NCBI GenBank assembly: GCA_016199525.1 | Contig: JACQGL010000067.1 | Location: forward strand, 1-54,327 | Length of the DNA stretch: 54,327 bases | Direction: 5' to 3' | From: Armatimonadota bacterium | GTDB lineage: Bacteria > Armatimonadota > SYMT01 > JACQGL01 | Position numbers and translations under genes: made by a program | Shown here: positions 9,358 to 18,003 of the stretch, piece after piece | Numbering within the stretch: position 1 is the first letter of the stretch | How the letters are laid out: every line of letters begins with the position of its first letter | The notes under the pieces: generated by a model | What the model was told of the DNA's origin: nothing | Database searches by the model: none | What the model saw: the letters and a program-made list of their open reading frames with translations, nothing else

Positions 9358-10133
9358 CGGCGGCCCTCCTGAAGTTCCATCGCTATCTTCTCAATGGCAT
9401 AGGCGGTGAACCCGGCGGTGTTGGCCTCCGTGATGTTGTTGTTGCTCTGCCAGTTATGCTTCGAGAACCAGCCCGACGCGAACTCCTCGACGATCTTTGC
9501 GCTCTCGAAGCAGTACCCGTCCAGGGACTTGTGGAACTCCAGGACGACACTCGGAGAGGCGAAGGAACCTTCCGGCCCCACGTGGTTGGAGAGTTCCTTG
9601 TCCACGAGGTAGCGGAGGGACCGGCTCATCAGGTCGGCAAAGAACTGGCGTGCTACCCGGCCGAAGCGGGCTTCGGTGGAGAGGGCACGCCACGCGGCCT
9701 GAATACCCACCGTCTCGGTGCCGAAGAGCGAGCGGGACTGCTCCAGGATGTTGGCGGAGACGACCTCCCGCAATCCCAACTGCGCCATGCGGGAGAAGAC
9801 GTTCGGCTCGCCTCGCAGGCGTGACTGCCGCTCCACCGCCTGCGATAGCTGGTGGACGAAGGAAAGGCCGGAGGTGAAGGAGGTAACCCGGAATCCCAGG
9901 CGCAGAAGCTCATCCGTGAAGTCGCCGCTCCGCGCGGACGTGGCGATGCGGACCAGGGTCCAGAAGCAGAAATTGATGATGGGGTCGCCCGCGAGCGCGG
10001 CGAACCGCTCCTCCGCAGCTTCTGCCGTTGCTGCGGCCAGGTCCGGCGCGTTCGGAGCGGCGCTCTCCAGGGCCGAGAAGACCGCCCTCCACTTCCGGGT
10101 TTTGGGAAGCCGCCCCAAGCGGATGTGGCCCAT
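9354..10133 (-). CDS. Hypothetical helical protein with N-terminal Gly (MGHIRLG...), putative QatB-like partner of the QueC-like enzyme
   Basis: 259-aa ORF translationally coupled to the QueC-like gene. No recognisable catalytic motif. Confidence 0.8.
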   Translation of the reverse strand: MGHIRLGRLPKTRKWRAVFSALESAAPNAPDLAAATAEAAEERFAALAGDPIINFCFWTLVRIATSARSGDFTDELLRLGFRVTSFTSGLSFVHQLSQAVERQSRLRGEPNVFSRMAQLGLREVVSANILEQSRSLFGTETVGIQAAWRALSTEARFGRVARQFFADLMSRSLRYLVDKELSNHVGPEGSFASPSVVLEFHKSLDGYCFESAKIVEEFASGWFSKHNWQSNNNITEANTAGFTAYAIEKIAMELQEGRR

Positions 10134-10208
10134 TGCAGAAAGTCCGAGGGTCGTCTAGTGGCTGCACGGTCCTCGACGCGCAGATCGCCGCGTGCGTGGT
10201 AGGAAAAG

Positions 10209-10281
10209 TGGACCTGGTCGGATTCGAACCGACGACCTCCACAATGCGAATGTGGCGCTCTCCCAGCTGAGCCACAGGCCC
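10209..10281 (-). tRNA. tRNA-Ala (anticodon CGC), CCA not encoded
   Basis: Reverse complement GGGCCTGTGGCTCAGCTGGGAGAGCGCCACATTCGCATTGTGGAGGTCGTCGGTTCGAATCCGACCAGGTCCA folds as a cloverleaf with a G3:U70 pair, a CGC anticodon and a GTTCGAAT T-loop. Confidence 0.97.
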
Positions 10282-10291
10282 GAACGGCCGT

Positions 10292-10320
10292 ATCATACCA
10301 CGACCCCCCGTTGCCGTCAA
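10292..10320 (-). promoter_or_regulatory. Sigma70-type promoter of tRNA-Ala
   Basis: On the minus strand: TTGACG, 17-nt spacer, TATGAT, ending 10 nt before the tRNA. Confidence 0.7.
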
Positions 10321-10429
10321 CCATTGCCTCCTCTCAGAAATCCCCCCTTTACGTTAAATCGTGGCTTCCACCAAAGTTCGAAAGCAGGGACACGTGCGTC
10401 GCCTTGGGCAACGTGCTGCATCAAGCAGG

Positions 10430-10447
10430 CCCCGAAAGCTTTCGGGG
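10430..10447. repeat. Short palindromic element CCCCGAAAGCTTTCGGGG (relatives at 31321, 54188, 54238)
   Basis: Perfect 18-nt palindrome flanked by GCAGG on both sides. Confidence 0.65.
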
Positions 10448-10536
10448 CAGGCCACCCGGTTGTTCGGCGTGCCCAAAGCCTGCGCCTTGGGCCCCCTGGC
10501 TATCGCATGGCCAGAGCGGGAAGATCTCTATCTTCC

Positions 10537-12543
10537 CTACCCTCGGGCGGCGCTCTTGAGCTGCTGGTAGATGGATTGGACCACCGCCGCGGGCAGCGCG
10601 TAGGTGGCTGTCCGGTCGGCACGAGCGATGTTCATCCCCACACACCGCCCGTCGGCGTTCATCACCGGACCGCCCATCTGGCTAGGCTTCAGGGCCGTGT
10701 CGTGCTGGAAGGCTTCCGCGAACGGCCCTTGCATCCGGCTCACGTCTCCCGAGAGGATGATCGCCAGGTTCCGCTTCTGGATTCCCGCCGGGCGCGCTCC
10801 CAGGATGATCGCTCGTTCCAGACGCGTCTCACCCCGAACCATCCGCAGCACCAACCGCTCGCCGGGCTTCTTGCGACTCACATAGTCGACCAGCTCGTTC
10901 GCTTCCCGCACCCGCAGCGCGTCCACCTGATAAAGGATATCCCCTGTTTGCACTCCCGCCTGCGCTGCGGGTGATTCCGGCTCGACCGCCAGCCGCACCC
11001 CGCCCGGGATTCCCGCTTGCCGCAACGCTTCCACATCTAAATCGTGCAGGAAAACCCCCATGAAGCCGCTACCCGGGGGCGGCGAACCACCCAGGCCTCG
11101 ATCGGTGATGGCCAGCTTTGCCACGCTCACCGCGCCGATCGCGGCCACAGCCCCCGCCTCGTCCGGGGTGAGGAGCCACTGGCCCACTGCCGGTTCCGGC
11201 GCCGTCGGAGCAAACCGCACGGGCTCCACCTCGCCGCCGGGCACCTTCAGCAGCGCCACATCCCATTTCTCGTCCGTTCTCTGGCGCACGGCAGGCAGCC
11301 GACGGCCGTCGGCCAGCACACAGGTAATCTCCCCTTCTGGCAGCTCGCTGGCCTTGGTCAGCACATCCCCTTCGGAGGAAACCACCAGCCCCCATGCCAC
11401 CTCTTGACTCCCGGAGAACAGCCGGACCGCCCCCGTCAGCGGTACTTCAGGCAGGCTCGCGGCTGCCTTTCTCATCTCCGCTGCGGATCTGCGGACCCCT
11501 GGGATACCCGCCCAGCGATCCATCTGTTCCAACAGGAGCCGGAAGCGCGGCTGCCGAGCCAGGCCGGCCAGATCACCGTCAGTGCGCAGCGATGGAGAAT
11601 CGTTGAAGCCCAGGCTCGCCGCTCGCTCCAGGCTGGTGAGCGCCCCCTCCGTCCGGCCCAGGCGGGCGTAGGCCCGTCCCAGCAGCAGCCAGGCCATGGC
11701 ATCGTTCGCATCTACGTTCAGCACCGCCCGCAGGTGCTCCACCGCTTCCGCGGCTCTGCCCTGCTCGAGCGCCTCTTTCCCCCGCGTAAACCGCTCCTGA
11801 ACCGCCGCCGGGGGGCCGGCTTCGGTGAGCATGCCCGGCTCCTTGAGCGCCTCCAGAACACCCCGTGCCAGGTTGATGGCGGTATGGAGGCTCACCCCCT
11901 CCGGCTGGTCCCCCAGGCTGGAGACCATCGCGTGGATGCCCACCACGCGACCGTCCAGATCGAACAGCGGCCCGCCGCTGTCCCCGCTGATGAGCGGCGC
12001 GTCGGTGATCACTCTAGCAGATGGCCTGTCCGGGGATCGTGGGCGCGGCATGGCCACCACGCGGCCCACGCGCAGCACAGGCGGCCGCTGCCCGTGAAAG
12101 CCCAGCGGATGCCCTGTCGCCACAACCCACTGCCCGCGCCGCAACGTGTTCGCATCGCCCAATGAGGCCACCGTGACCCCCGCCGGCGCGGCGAACTTCA
12201 CCAGCGCGAAGTCGGCCTGCACGTTGCAGCCGAGCGACTGCCCGGGGAACTCGCGCCCATCCGCCAGGCGTACCACGCAGTCTCGCCCTGGCCCGCTCAC
12301 CACGTGCGCAGCGGTGAGCACGTAGCCCTCGGCGGAGATGATCACCCCTGACCCGCTATTCGGCCCCGTGCGGATCCCCACCGTGCTCCCGATCAGACGC
12401 TCCTGGAGGCTGGTAACCCGCTCCTGGATCGCCAGGAAGGTCAGTCGGGTGCGGGCCTGCCCCGTGGCCGCCGCGGCCCCCACCAGAAGCAGGGCCAGAA
12501 CCAGTAAACGGCGGGCCGCCATCAGGGCCTGACGATGGCTCAT
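10537..12543 (-). CDS. Secreted trypsin-like (HtrA-type) serine protease: active protease + TPR + degenerate second protease domain with inserted PDZ
   Basis: Signal peptide. LTAAH, DFAL and GDSGGP triad. TPR segment AMAWLLLGRAYARLG...GFND...DGDL. Second domain has LTKAS / PSQMGGP in place of catalytic His/Ser. PDZ motifs GFMGV...SPAAQAGVQTGDIL. Confidence 0.88.
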   Translation of the reverse strand: MSHRQALMAARRLLVLALLLVGAAAATGQARTRLTFLAIQERVTSLQERLIGSTVGIRTGPNSGSGVIISAEGYVLTAAHVVSGPGRDCVVRLADGREFPGQSLGCNVQADFALVKFAAPAGVTVASLGDANTLRRGQWVVATGHPLGFHGQRPPVLRVGRVVAMPRPRSPDRPSARVITDAPLISGDSGGPLFDLDGRVVGIHAMVSSLGDQPEGVSLHTAINLARGVLEALKEPGMLTEAGPPAAVQERFTRGKEALEQGRAAEAVEHLRAVLNVDANDAMAWLLLGRAYARLGRTEGALTSLERAASLGFNDSPSLRTDGDLAGLARQPRFRLLLEQMDRWAGIPGVRRSAAEMRKAAASLPEVPLTGAVRLFSGSQEVAWGLVVSSEGDVLTKASELPEGEITCVLADGRRLPAVRQRTDEKWDVALLKVPGGEVEPVRFAPTAPEPAVGQWLLTPDEAGAVAAIGAVSVAKLAITDRGLGGSPPPGSGFMGVFLHDLDVEALRQAGIPGGVRLAVEPESPAAQAGVQTGDILYQVDALRVREANELVDYVSRKKPGERLVLRMVRGETRLERAIILGARPAGIQKRNLAIILSGDVSRMQGPFAEAFQHDTALKPSQMGGPVMNADGRCVGMNIARADRTATYALPAAVVQSIYQQLKSAARG

Positions 12544-12996
12544 TTTGCGTCTCCGCTTGCAGTCTAGACTACGCGCCAGGTCACTGGCCGAGGACGCACT
12601 CGGTCAGTGCGCGGGCAACACTGCTCACTCACAATTAGACGACGATCGGGCGTTTGGGTTTGCACAGCCGGCGCTCGCCCTCTCCGGCGGCGCCTCCGGT
12701 GACCACCTTCTCTGCCCTATCATTGCGCTGCGGGCAGTGACTCTCCTTGGCTGCCGGGCTCCGGGGATACGGGGAACGTTTCTGGTTCCTGGTTCCTCGC
12801 CTCTGGTTGACAGCTGGTTGCGTTGCCGCAGCCTTGAGCGGGCGCTCTGCCCGCCAGGATGCCAGAGCGCCGACCCAGAAACCGGAAACAGGATACACTC
12901 CTTAGCGGCTTAGCGAGAAGTGGAGCCAGGTGACACGACACCCGGGCCCGGGTATCGTGCAAGGGAGAAGTCGCTACGCCGGCGCAGATACCACCG

Positions 12997-14055
12997 ATGA
13001 CCATCGCTCTCTATTACGACGCGCTCTTCCTGGAACACGATACGGGTGCGCACCCTGAGAAGGCGATCCGGCTCACCGCCTGCGTGGACCGGCTGGCGGA
13101 GGTGGGGCTGTGGGACCAGGTAGAGCATCCGAACTTCGCCCCCGCGCCCTGGGAGGCGCTCACCGCCTGCCACGACGAGCACTACCTGCGCTTTCTACAG
13201 CAGACCGCCCGGCGCGGCGGCGGCTATCTCACGCCCGACACGCCGTTCGGCCGCCATTCATTCGATGCCGCCCGCCTCGCCTCGGGAGCGGCCATCCAGG
13301 CCGTAGAGGCCGTTCTGGACGGCAAGTTCCCGCAGGCGTTCATCCTCTCCCGGCCCCCGGGCCACCACGCCACCCACAACCAGGGCATGGGGTTCTGCCT
13401 TATCAACCACGCCGCCGTTGCCGTGCGCCACCTGGTGCACGGGCGAGGGCTGGAGCGGGTGTTGATCGTGGATTTCGACGTGCACCACGGCAACGGGACG
13501 CAGGATATCTTTTACGAAGATCCCGCGGTCCTCTATATCTCCACGCACCAGTACCCCGCCTATCCCGCCACTGGCTCCCTGCGCGAGGTGGGCCGCGGCG
13601 CAGGCGCGGGCTTCACCGTGAACGTGCCGCTGCCCGCAGCGGTGGGGGACGCGGGCTACGCGCGGATCTACGAACAGGTAGTGGCGCCCGCGGCGCGGCG
13701 GTTCCGGCCCCAGTTCTGCTTCATCTCCGCCGGCTATGACGCTCACTGGACCGACCACCGCTACCTTAGCAGCATCCGGATGCAGGTTTCGGTGGCCGGG
13801 TTCACGGCCATCGTACGGCAGCTGCGAGATCTGGCAGAGGAGCTGTGCGCGGGCCGGGTGGTGTTCCTGCTCGAGGGCGGCTACGATCCCACGGCGCTCA
13901 GCGGGTCGGTGCTGGCCACGCTGAACGTCCTGCTGCACCGCCCTGTGGAGGACCCGCTCGGCCCCTCGCCACACGGCTGGCCGGAGCCGGACGTTGGTCC
14001 CCTCATCGCCAACGTGCGGGAAATTCACGATCTTGGAACTCACAGCCGCAGATGA
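12997..14055 (+). CDS. Histone deacetylase family (Zn-dependent lysine/polyamine deacetylase)
   Basis: HPE, RPPGHH, GFC, DFDVHHGNGT, SAGYD and LEGGY motifs. Confidence 0.95.
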   Translation: MTIALYYDALFLEHDTGAHPEKAIRLTACVDRLAEVGLWDQVEHPNFAPAPWEALTACHDEHYLRFLQQTARRGGGYLTPDTPFGRHSFDAARLASGAAIQAVEAVLDGKFPQAFILSRPPGHHATHNQGMGFCLINHAAVAVRHLVHGRGLERVLIVDFDVHHGNGTQDIFYEDPAVLYISTHQYPAYPATGSLREVGRGAGAGFTVNVPLPAAVGDAGYARIYEQVVAPAARRFRPQFCFISAGYDAHWTDHRYLSSIRMQVSVAGFTAIVRQLRDLAEELCAGRVVFLLEGGYDPTALSGSVLATLNVLLHRPVEDPLGPSPHGWPEPDVGPLIANVREIHDLGTHSRR

Positions 14056-14213
14056 GCGCGGATGGACGTGAGTACATGAACGGACTGCCAAGCCGCCAGG
14101 AACGCCCAGAGAACGAGGATACTCTCGCTCGGGTTTGCCCTGACTCCTCGAGCTCGCAGTTACTTCCACCCTCCCCGATTCGCGTGCATTCGTGGCTTGT
14201 TCCTCGCCTGCGC

Positions 14214-15158
14214 TTACTCCAGATCGTTGCCGCTCAGGCGGCGGAAGATCTCCCGGTAGCGCTCCGCGGTGGCGCTGACGATATCAGGAGGCAGGGCAGG
14301 CGCGGGAGGCTCGTGGTTCCAGCCGATCCGGTCCAGGTGGTCGCGCACGAATTGCTTGTCGAAGCTTGGCTGCGGAGCACCGGGGGACCAGGCGGCGGCG
14401 TCCCAGAGTCGTGAGGAGTCGGGCGTGCACACCTCGTCGATGAGAATCACCTCTCCCTGGAAGACACCGAATTCGAGCTTCGTGTCGGCGAGGATGATCC
14501 CCCGTTCCAGAGCGTAGGCGGACGCAGCGTCGTAGACGGCCAGGCTATAATTCATCGCCTTGCGCAGGTGGCCCGGCTCGGCGAGGTGCATCATCTCACG
14601 TACGGTGATGTTCTCGTCGTGGCCCGTCTGGGCCTTGATGGCGGGGGTGAAGATCGGCTCCGGCAGGCGGTCTCCCTGGCCCAGCCCGCGCGGCAGCTCG
14701 ATCCCGCACACCTTCCCCTCGCGCTGGTACTCCCGCCAGGCAGAGCCATCCAGGTAGCCGCGCACCACGAACTCCACCGGCAGCGGCCGCGCCTTGTTCA
14801 CCAACATGGAGCGGCCTTCCAGTTGCCACGTGGGCAGCTCGGGGTTGAACAGCGCCACCTCCGTCATGATCTGGTCTATGTCCGTAGTAATGAAATGGCT
14901 GGGGCAGACGTTCTGCAGGTACTCGAGCCAGAATGCGGAGAGCTGGTTCAGCACCCGCCCCTTGTCGGGGATGCCCGTGGGGAGGATCGAGTCGTAGGCC
15001 GAGATACGGTCCGTGGCGACCATCAGGAGGTGAAACTCCAGGTCGTAGATGTCGCGCACCTTGCCATTGGCAAACGGAATGAGGCCCGGCAGATCGGTGT
15101 TCAGGATCACCTCCCGACCGGGCGCCGCGAGCAAGGCAGAATCTTGATCAGTCCGCAT
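14214..15158 (-). CDS. purC: Phosphoribosylaminoimidazolesuccinocarboxamide (SAICAR) synthase
   Basis: GKVRDIY, TDRISAYD, ADTKLEFG, DEVCTPDSSR, SFDKQFVRD. Start uncertain (ATG 15158 chosen). Confidence 0.95.
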   Translation of the reverse strand: MRTDQDSALLAAPGREVILNTDLPGLIPFANGKVRDIYDLEFHLLMVATDRISAYDSILPTGIPDKGRVLNQLSAFWLEYLQNVCPSHFITTDIDQIMTEVALFNPELPTWQLEGRSMLVNKARPLPVEFVVRGYLDGSAWREYQREGKVCGIELPRGLGQGDRLPEPIFTPAIKAQTGHDENITVREMMHLAEPGHLRKAMNYSLAVYDAASAYALERGIILADTKLEFGVFQGEVILIDEVCTPDSSRLWDAAAWSPGAPQPSFDKQFVRDHLDRIGWNHEPPAPALPPDIVSATAERYREIFRRLSGNDLE

Positions 15159-15328
15159 CACCGTTAACTCACCACAGACATCGAGCCACAAAGAAGGAAA
15201 GTGTGGTACGTAGGTGTCTGGGAGAGAGCGGGGGAACGGAGGAATAGGTGCATTGAAGACCGACTGTTGACTCCTACGCTCCTATTCTTCCATTCTCCCA
15301 CTTCGTATCTCCGTGGTTTGTAGCGTCT

Positions 15329-16411
15329 TCAAAATCCGATGGCGACGAGCACCGCGTCCAGCTCTGCGGGCACGGGCGCAGGCGGCTCCAGCGCGGCCAC
15401 CGCCGTCTGGGGGTCTTTCAGCCCGTGGCCCGTCAGGGTGCAGACGACGGTTGCCTCGGGCGGAGCCGTGTCGAAATAGCCCGCGCGCGCCAATTGGGCC
15501 ACACCCGCCACGCTGGCGGCACTGGCGGGCTCGCAGAAGACGCCCTCCCGCTCGGCGAGCAGCCGGTAGGCAACGAGGATCTCCTCATCCGTTACTTTCT
15601 CGATCCGGCCGCCGCTTTCGTCCCGCGCGGCAACGGCGCCCTGCCAGCTGGCGGGGTTGCCGATGCGAATGGCGGTCGCCACCGTCTCCGGCGCGGGCAC
15701 CACGTGTCCCTCCACGATGGGAGCCGCCCCTGCCGCCTGGAATCCCAGCATCCGCGGGCAGCGCGTGGTACAGCCTTCGGCGTGGTAGGTGCGGTAGCCC
15801 CGCCAGTAGGCGGTGATGTTGCCCGCGTTCCCCACTGGAATGGCGTGGTAGTGCGGGGCATCGCCCAGCGCGTCGCAAATCTCGAACGCGGCGGTCTTCT
15901 GGCCTTCGATGCGAGCGGGGTTGATCGAGTTGACGAGCGCCACCGGCCGGTCGGCCACCACCTCGCGCACCAGGCGCAGGGCCGCATCAAAATTACCCTG
16001 GATGGGGACCACCCGCGCGCCGTGGATGAGCGCCTGCCCGAGCTTTCCCAGGGCGATCATGCCGTGCGGCAGCACCACCACGCACAGCAGGCCCGCCCGC
16101 GCCGCATAGGCAGCAGCGCTCGCCGCCGTGTTGCCGGTGGAGGCGCAGATGACCGCCCGCACGCCCGCCTCCAACGCCCGCGAGATGGCCACCGTCATCC
16201 CCCGGTCCTTGAACGAACCGGTGGGATTGAGGCCCTCATGCTTGAGGAGCAGCCGCACCCGCCCGCCGGTCAGCGTGCGAGAGAGCGCGGGCGCCTCCAG
16301 GAGGGGCGTGTTGCCCTCCAGCAGGGTGACGACCGGGGTGCGATTGGTAACGGGCAGCAGCGAGCGGTAGGCTTCAATCACACCTCGCCACGGCCCGCAT
16401 GGCATCCCCAT
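15329..16411 (-). CDS. thrC: Threonine synthase
   Basis: [35 protein letters not shown]. Lies directly downstream of hom. Confidence 0.95.
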   Translation of the reverse strand: MGMPCGPWRGVIEAYRSLLPVTNRTPVVTLLEGNTPLLEAPALSRTLTGGRVRLLLKHEGLNPTGSFKDRGMTVAISRALEAGVRAVICASTGNTAASAAAYAARAGLLCVVVLPHGMIALGKLGQALIHGARVVPIQGNFDAALRLVREVVADRPVALVNSINPARIEGQKTAAFEICDALGDAPHYHAIPVGNAGNITAYWRGYRTYHAEGCTTRCPRMLGFQAAGAAPIVEGHVVPAPETVATAIRIGNPASWQGAVAARDESGGRIEKVTDEEILVAYRLLAEREGVFCEPASAASVAGVAQLARAGYFDTAPPEATVVCTLTGHGLKDPQTAVAALEPPAPVPAELDAVLVAIGF

Positions 16412-16414
16412 GCG

Positions 16415-17704
16415 CTATTCCTCCACGCGGATCCAGTTGCCGATCTCGCGCACCACCGGCAGCCGTTCTATCTTCGCCAGCGCCTGGCGCATATCCCCCT
16501 CGTGCGTGCCGTGGGTGATCCAGACGATCTCCGCCTCCGTTCCTGCACCCGCCTTCTGGACCATCGATTCGATAGAAACGCCGTGGTCGCCGAACACCCC
16601 TGCCGTGGCCGCCAGCACCCCCGGGCGGTCCGCGGTGGTCATGCGGACGTAGTACTTCGTCTGGACCTCTTCCATCGACAGGGGAGGCCTGTTCTCGAAG
16701 CAGGTGCACGAGATGCGGCCCGTGGCCCCGAAGCGGATGTTACGCGCCGTCTCCATCAGATCGGCCACCACGCTGCTCCCCGTGGGGAGCGAGCCCGCGC
16801 CTCGCCCGTAGAACATCGCGTCGCCCACGGCGTTGCCGCGCACGAAGATGGCGTTGAACACATCGCTCACGGCGGCGAGCGGATGAGACACGGGCAGCAT
16901 GGCGGGATGGACGCGTAGCTCCAGGGCCCCGTCCACCTGTTTGGCAATCGCCAGGAGCTTGATCACGTAGCCCAGCTCGCGCGCGTAGCGGATGTCTCGG
17001 TCGCTGATGCGGCGAATTCCCTCGCAATACACGCTGTCCAGATCCACGCGACTCTGGAAGCCGATGGATGCGAGGATAGCCAGCTTGTAGGCGGCGTCGC
17101 GGCCGTCCACATCGTCAGAAGGATCGGCCTCCGCATAGCCGCGCGCCTGCGCCTCGGCGAGGGCAGGCGCGAACGCGAGCCCATCGGCGGCCATCCGCGT
17201 CAGGATGTAGTTCGTCGTCCCATTGACGATGCCGATGATCTGCTCGATCCGGTTGGCAGCCAGCGATACCTTTAGGGAGCGGATGATAGGGATACCGCCC
17301 GCCACACTCCCTTCGAAACTGAAGTCCAGCCGCCGCTCGCCTGCCACCACCAGCAGTTCGTGGCCTGCCTTGGCGATCAGCTCCTTATTTGCCGTAACAA
17401 TGTGCTTGCCATTGTCCAGCGCCTGGAGGATGAAGCGACGCGCGGGCTCCACCCCGCCGATCAACTCCGCCACCAGATCAATCTCGGGGTCGTTGAGCAC
17501 CTCGTCGGGGTTCACTGTCAGCAGGCTACGATCCACCTCCGGCGGGCGGGGCTTGGCCAGGTTACGAACGCAGATGCGACAGATCTCCAGGCGCGCGCCC
17601 ACAGCCTGGGTAATCGCTCCGGCATTCGCCTGCAGGGCGGCAACGGTGCCGCTCCCGACCTGGCCGCAGCCCAGGAGACCGATTTTGATGACGTCTTTGG
17701 GCAT
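16415..17704 (-). CDS. hom: Homoserine dehydrogenase with C-terminal ACT domain
   Basis: GCGQVG, VTANK, VAGGIP, NGTTNYIL, GYAEADP, DRPGVLA. Confidence 0.96.
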   Translation of the reverse strand: MPKDVIKIGLLGCGQVGSGTVAALQANAGAITQAVGARLEICRICVRNLAKPRPPEVDRSLLTVNPDEVLNDPEIDLVAELIGGVEPARRFILQALDNGKHIVTANKELIAKAGHELLVVAGERRLDFSFEGSVAGGIPIIRSLKVSLAANRIEQIIGIVNGTTNYILTRMAADGLAFAPALAEAQARGYAEADPSDDVDGRDAAYKLAILASIGFQSRVDLDSVYCEGIRRISDRDIRYARELGYVIKLLAIAKQVDGALELRVHPAMLPVSHPLAAVSDVFNAIFVRGNAVGDAMFYGRGAGSLPTGSSVVADLMETARNIRFGATGRISCTCFENRPPLSMEEVQTKYYVRMTTADRPGVLAATAGVFGDHGVSIESMVQKAGAGTEAEIVWITHGTHEGDMRQALAKIERLPVVREIGNWIRVEE

Positions 17705-18003
17705 AGAAAGGGGTGAGCACTCAACCGTCGGCCATCAGCGGACCGGCTTCGGGACCCCAAGTCCCGCCGCCCATCCTGCTGAATGCGGACGGCTGGCGGC
17801 TGGCGATGGGCAAGCCCAGCAATTATATCGGATTCCTCTCAGCGTGGGACAAGGCCGCTACGAACGCAAGCGCAGCACAGAGAACTGCCGGCCAGAATGC
17901 CCGCATTCGCTGCCCTGGAGCGCAGATAGGCAAGCCATCCAGCCCGGCCCTACGGCCCCGTATGGGTATGAGACGCCGGCGCGCCAACCCCACCTTCCCT
18001 GCC

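Noticed and set aside
7160-10210. Intact integrative element or prophage at tRNA-Ala
   Set aside because: No integrase, no phage genes and no duplicated tRNA 3' end (att site) found by eye.
12997-14055. Selenocysteine in the HDAC-family protein
   Set aside because: The relevant motif is GFC with a normal TGC codon and the frame has no internal TGA.
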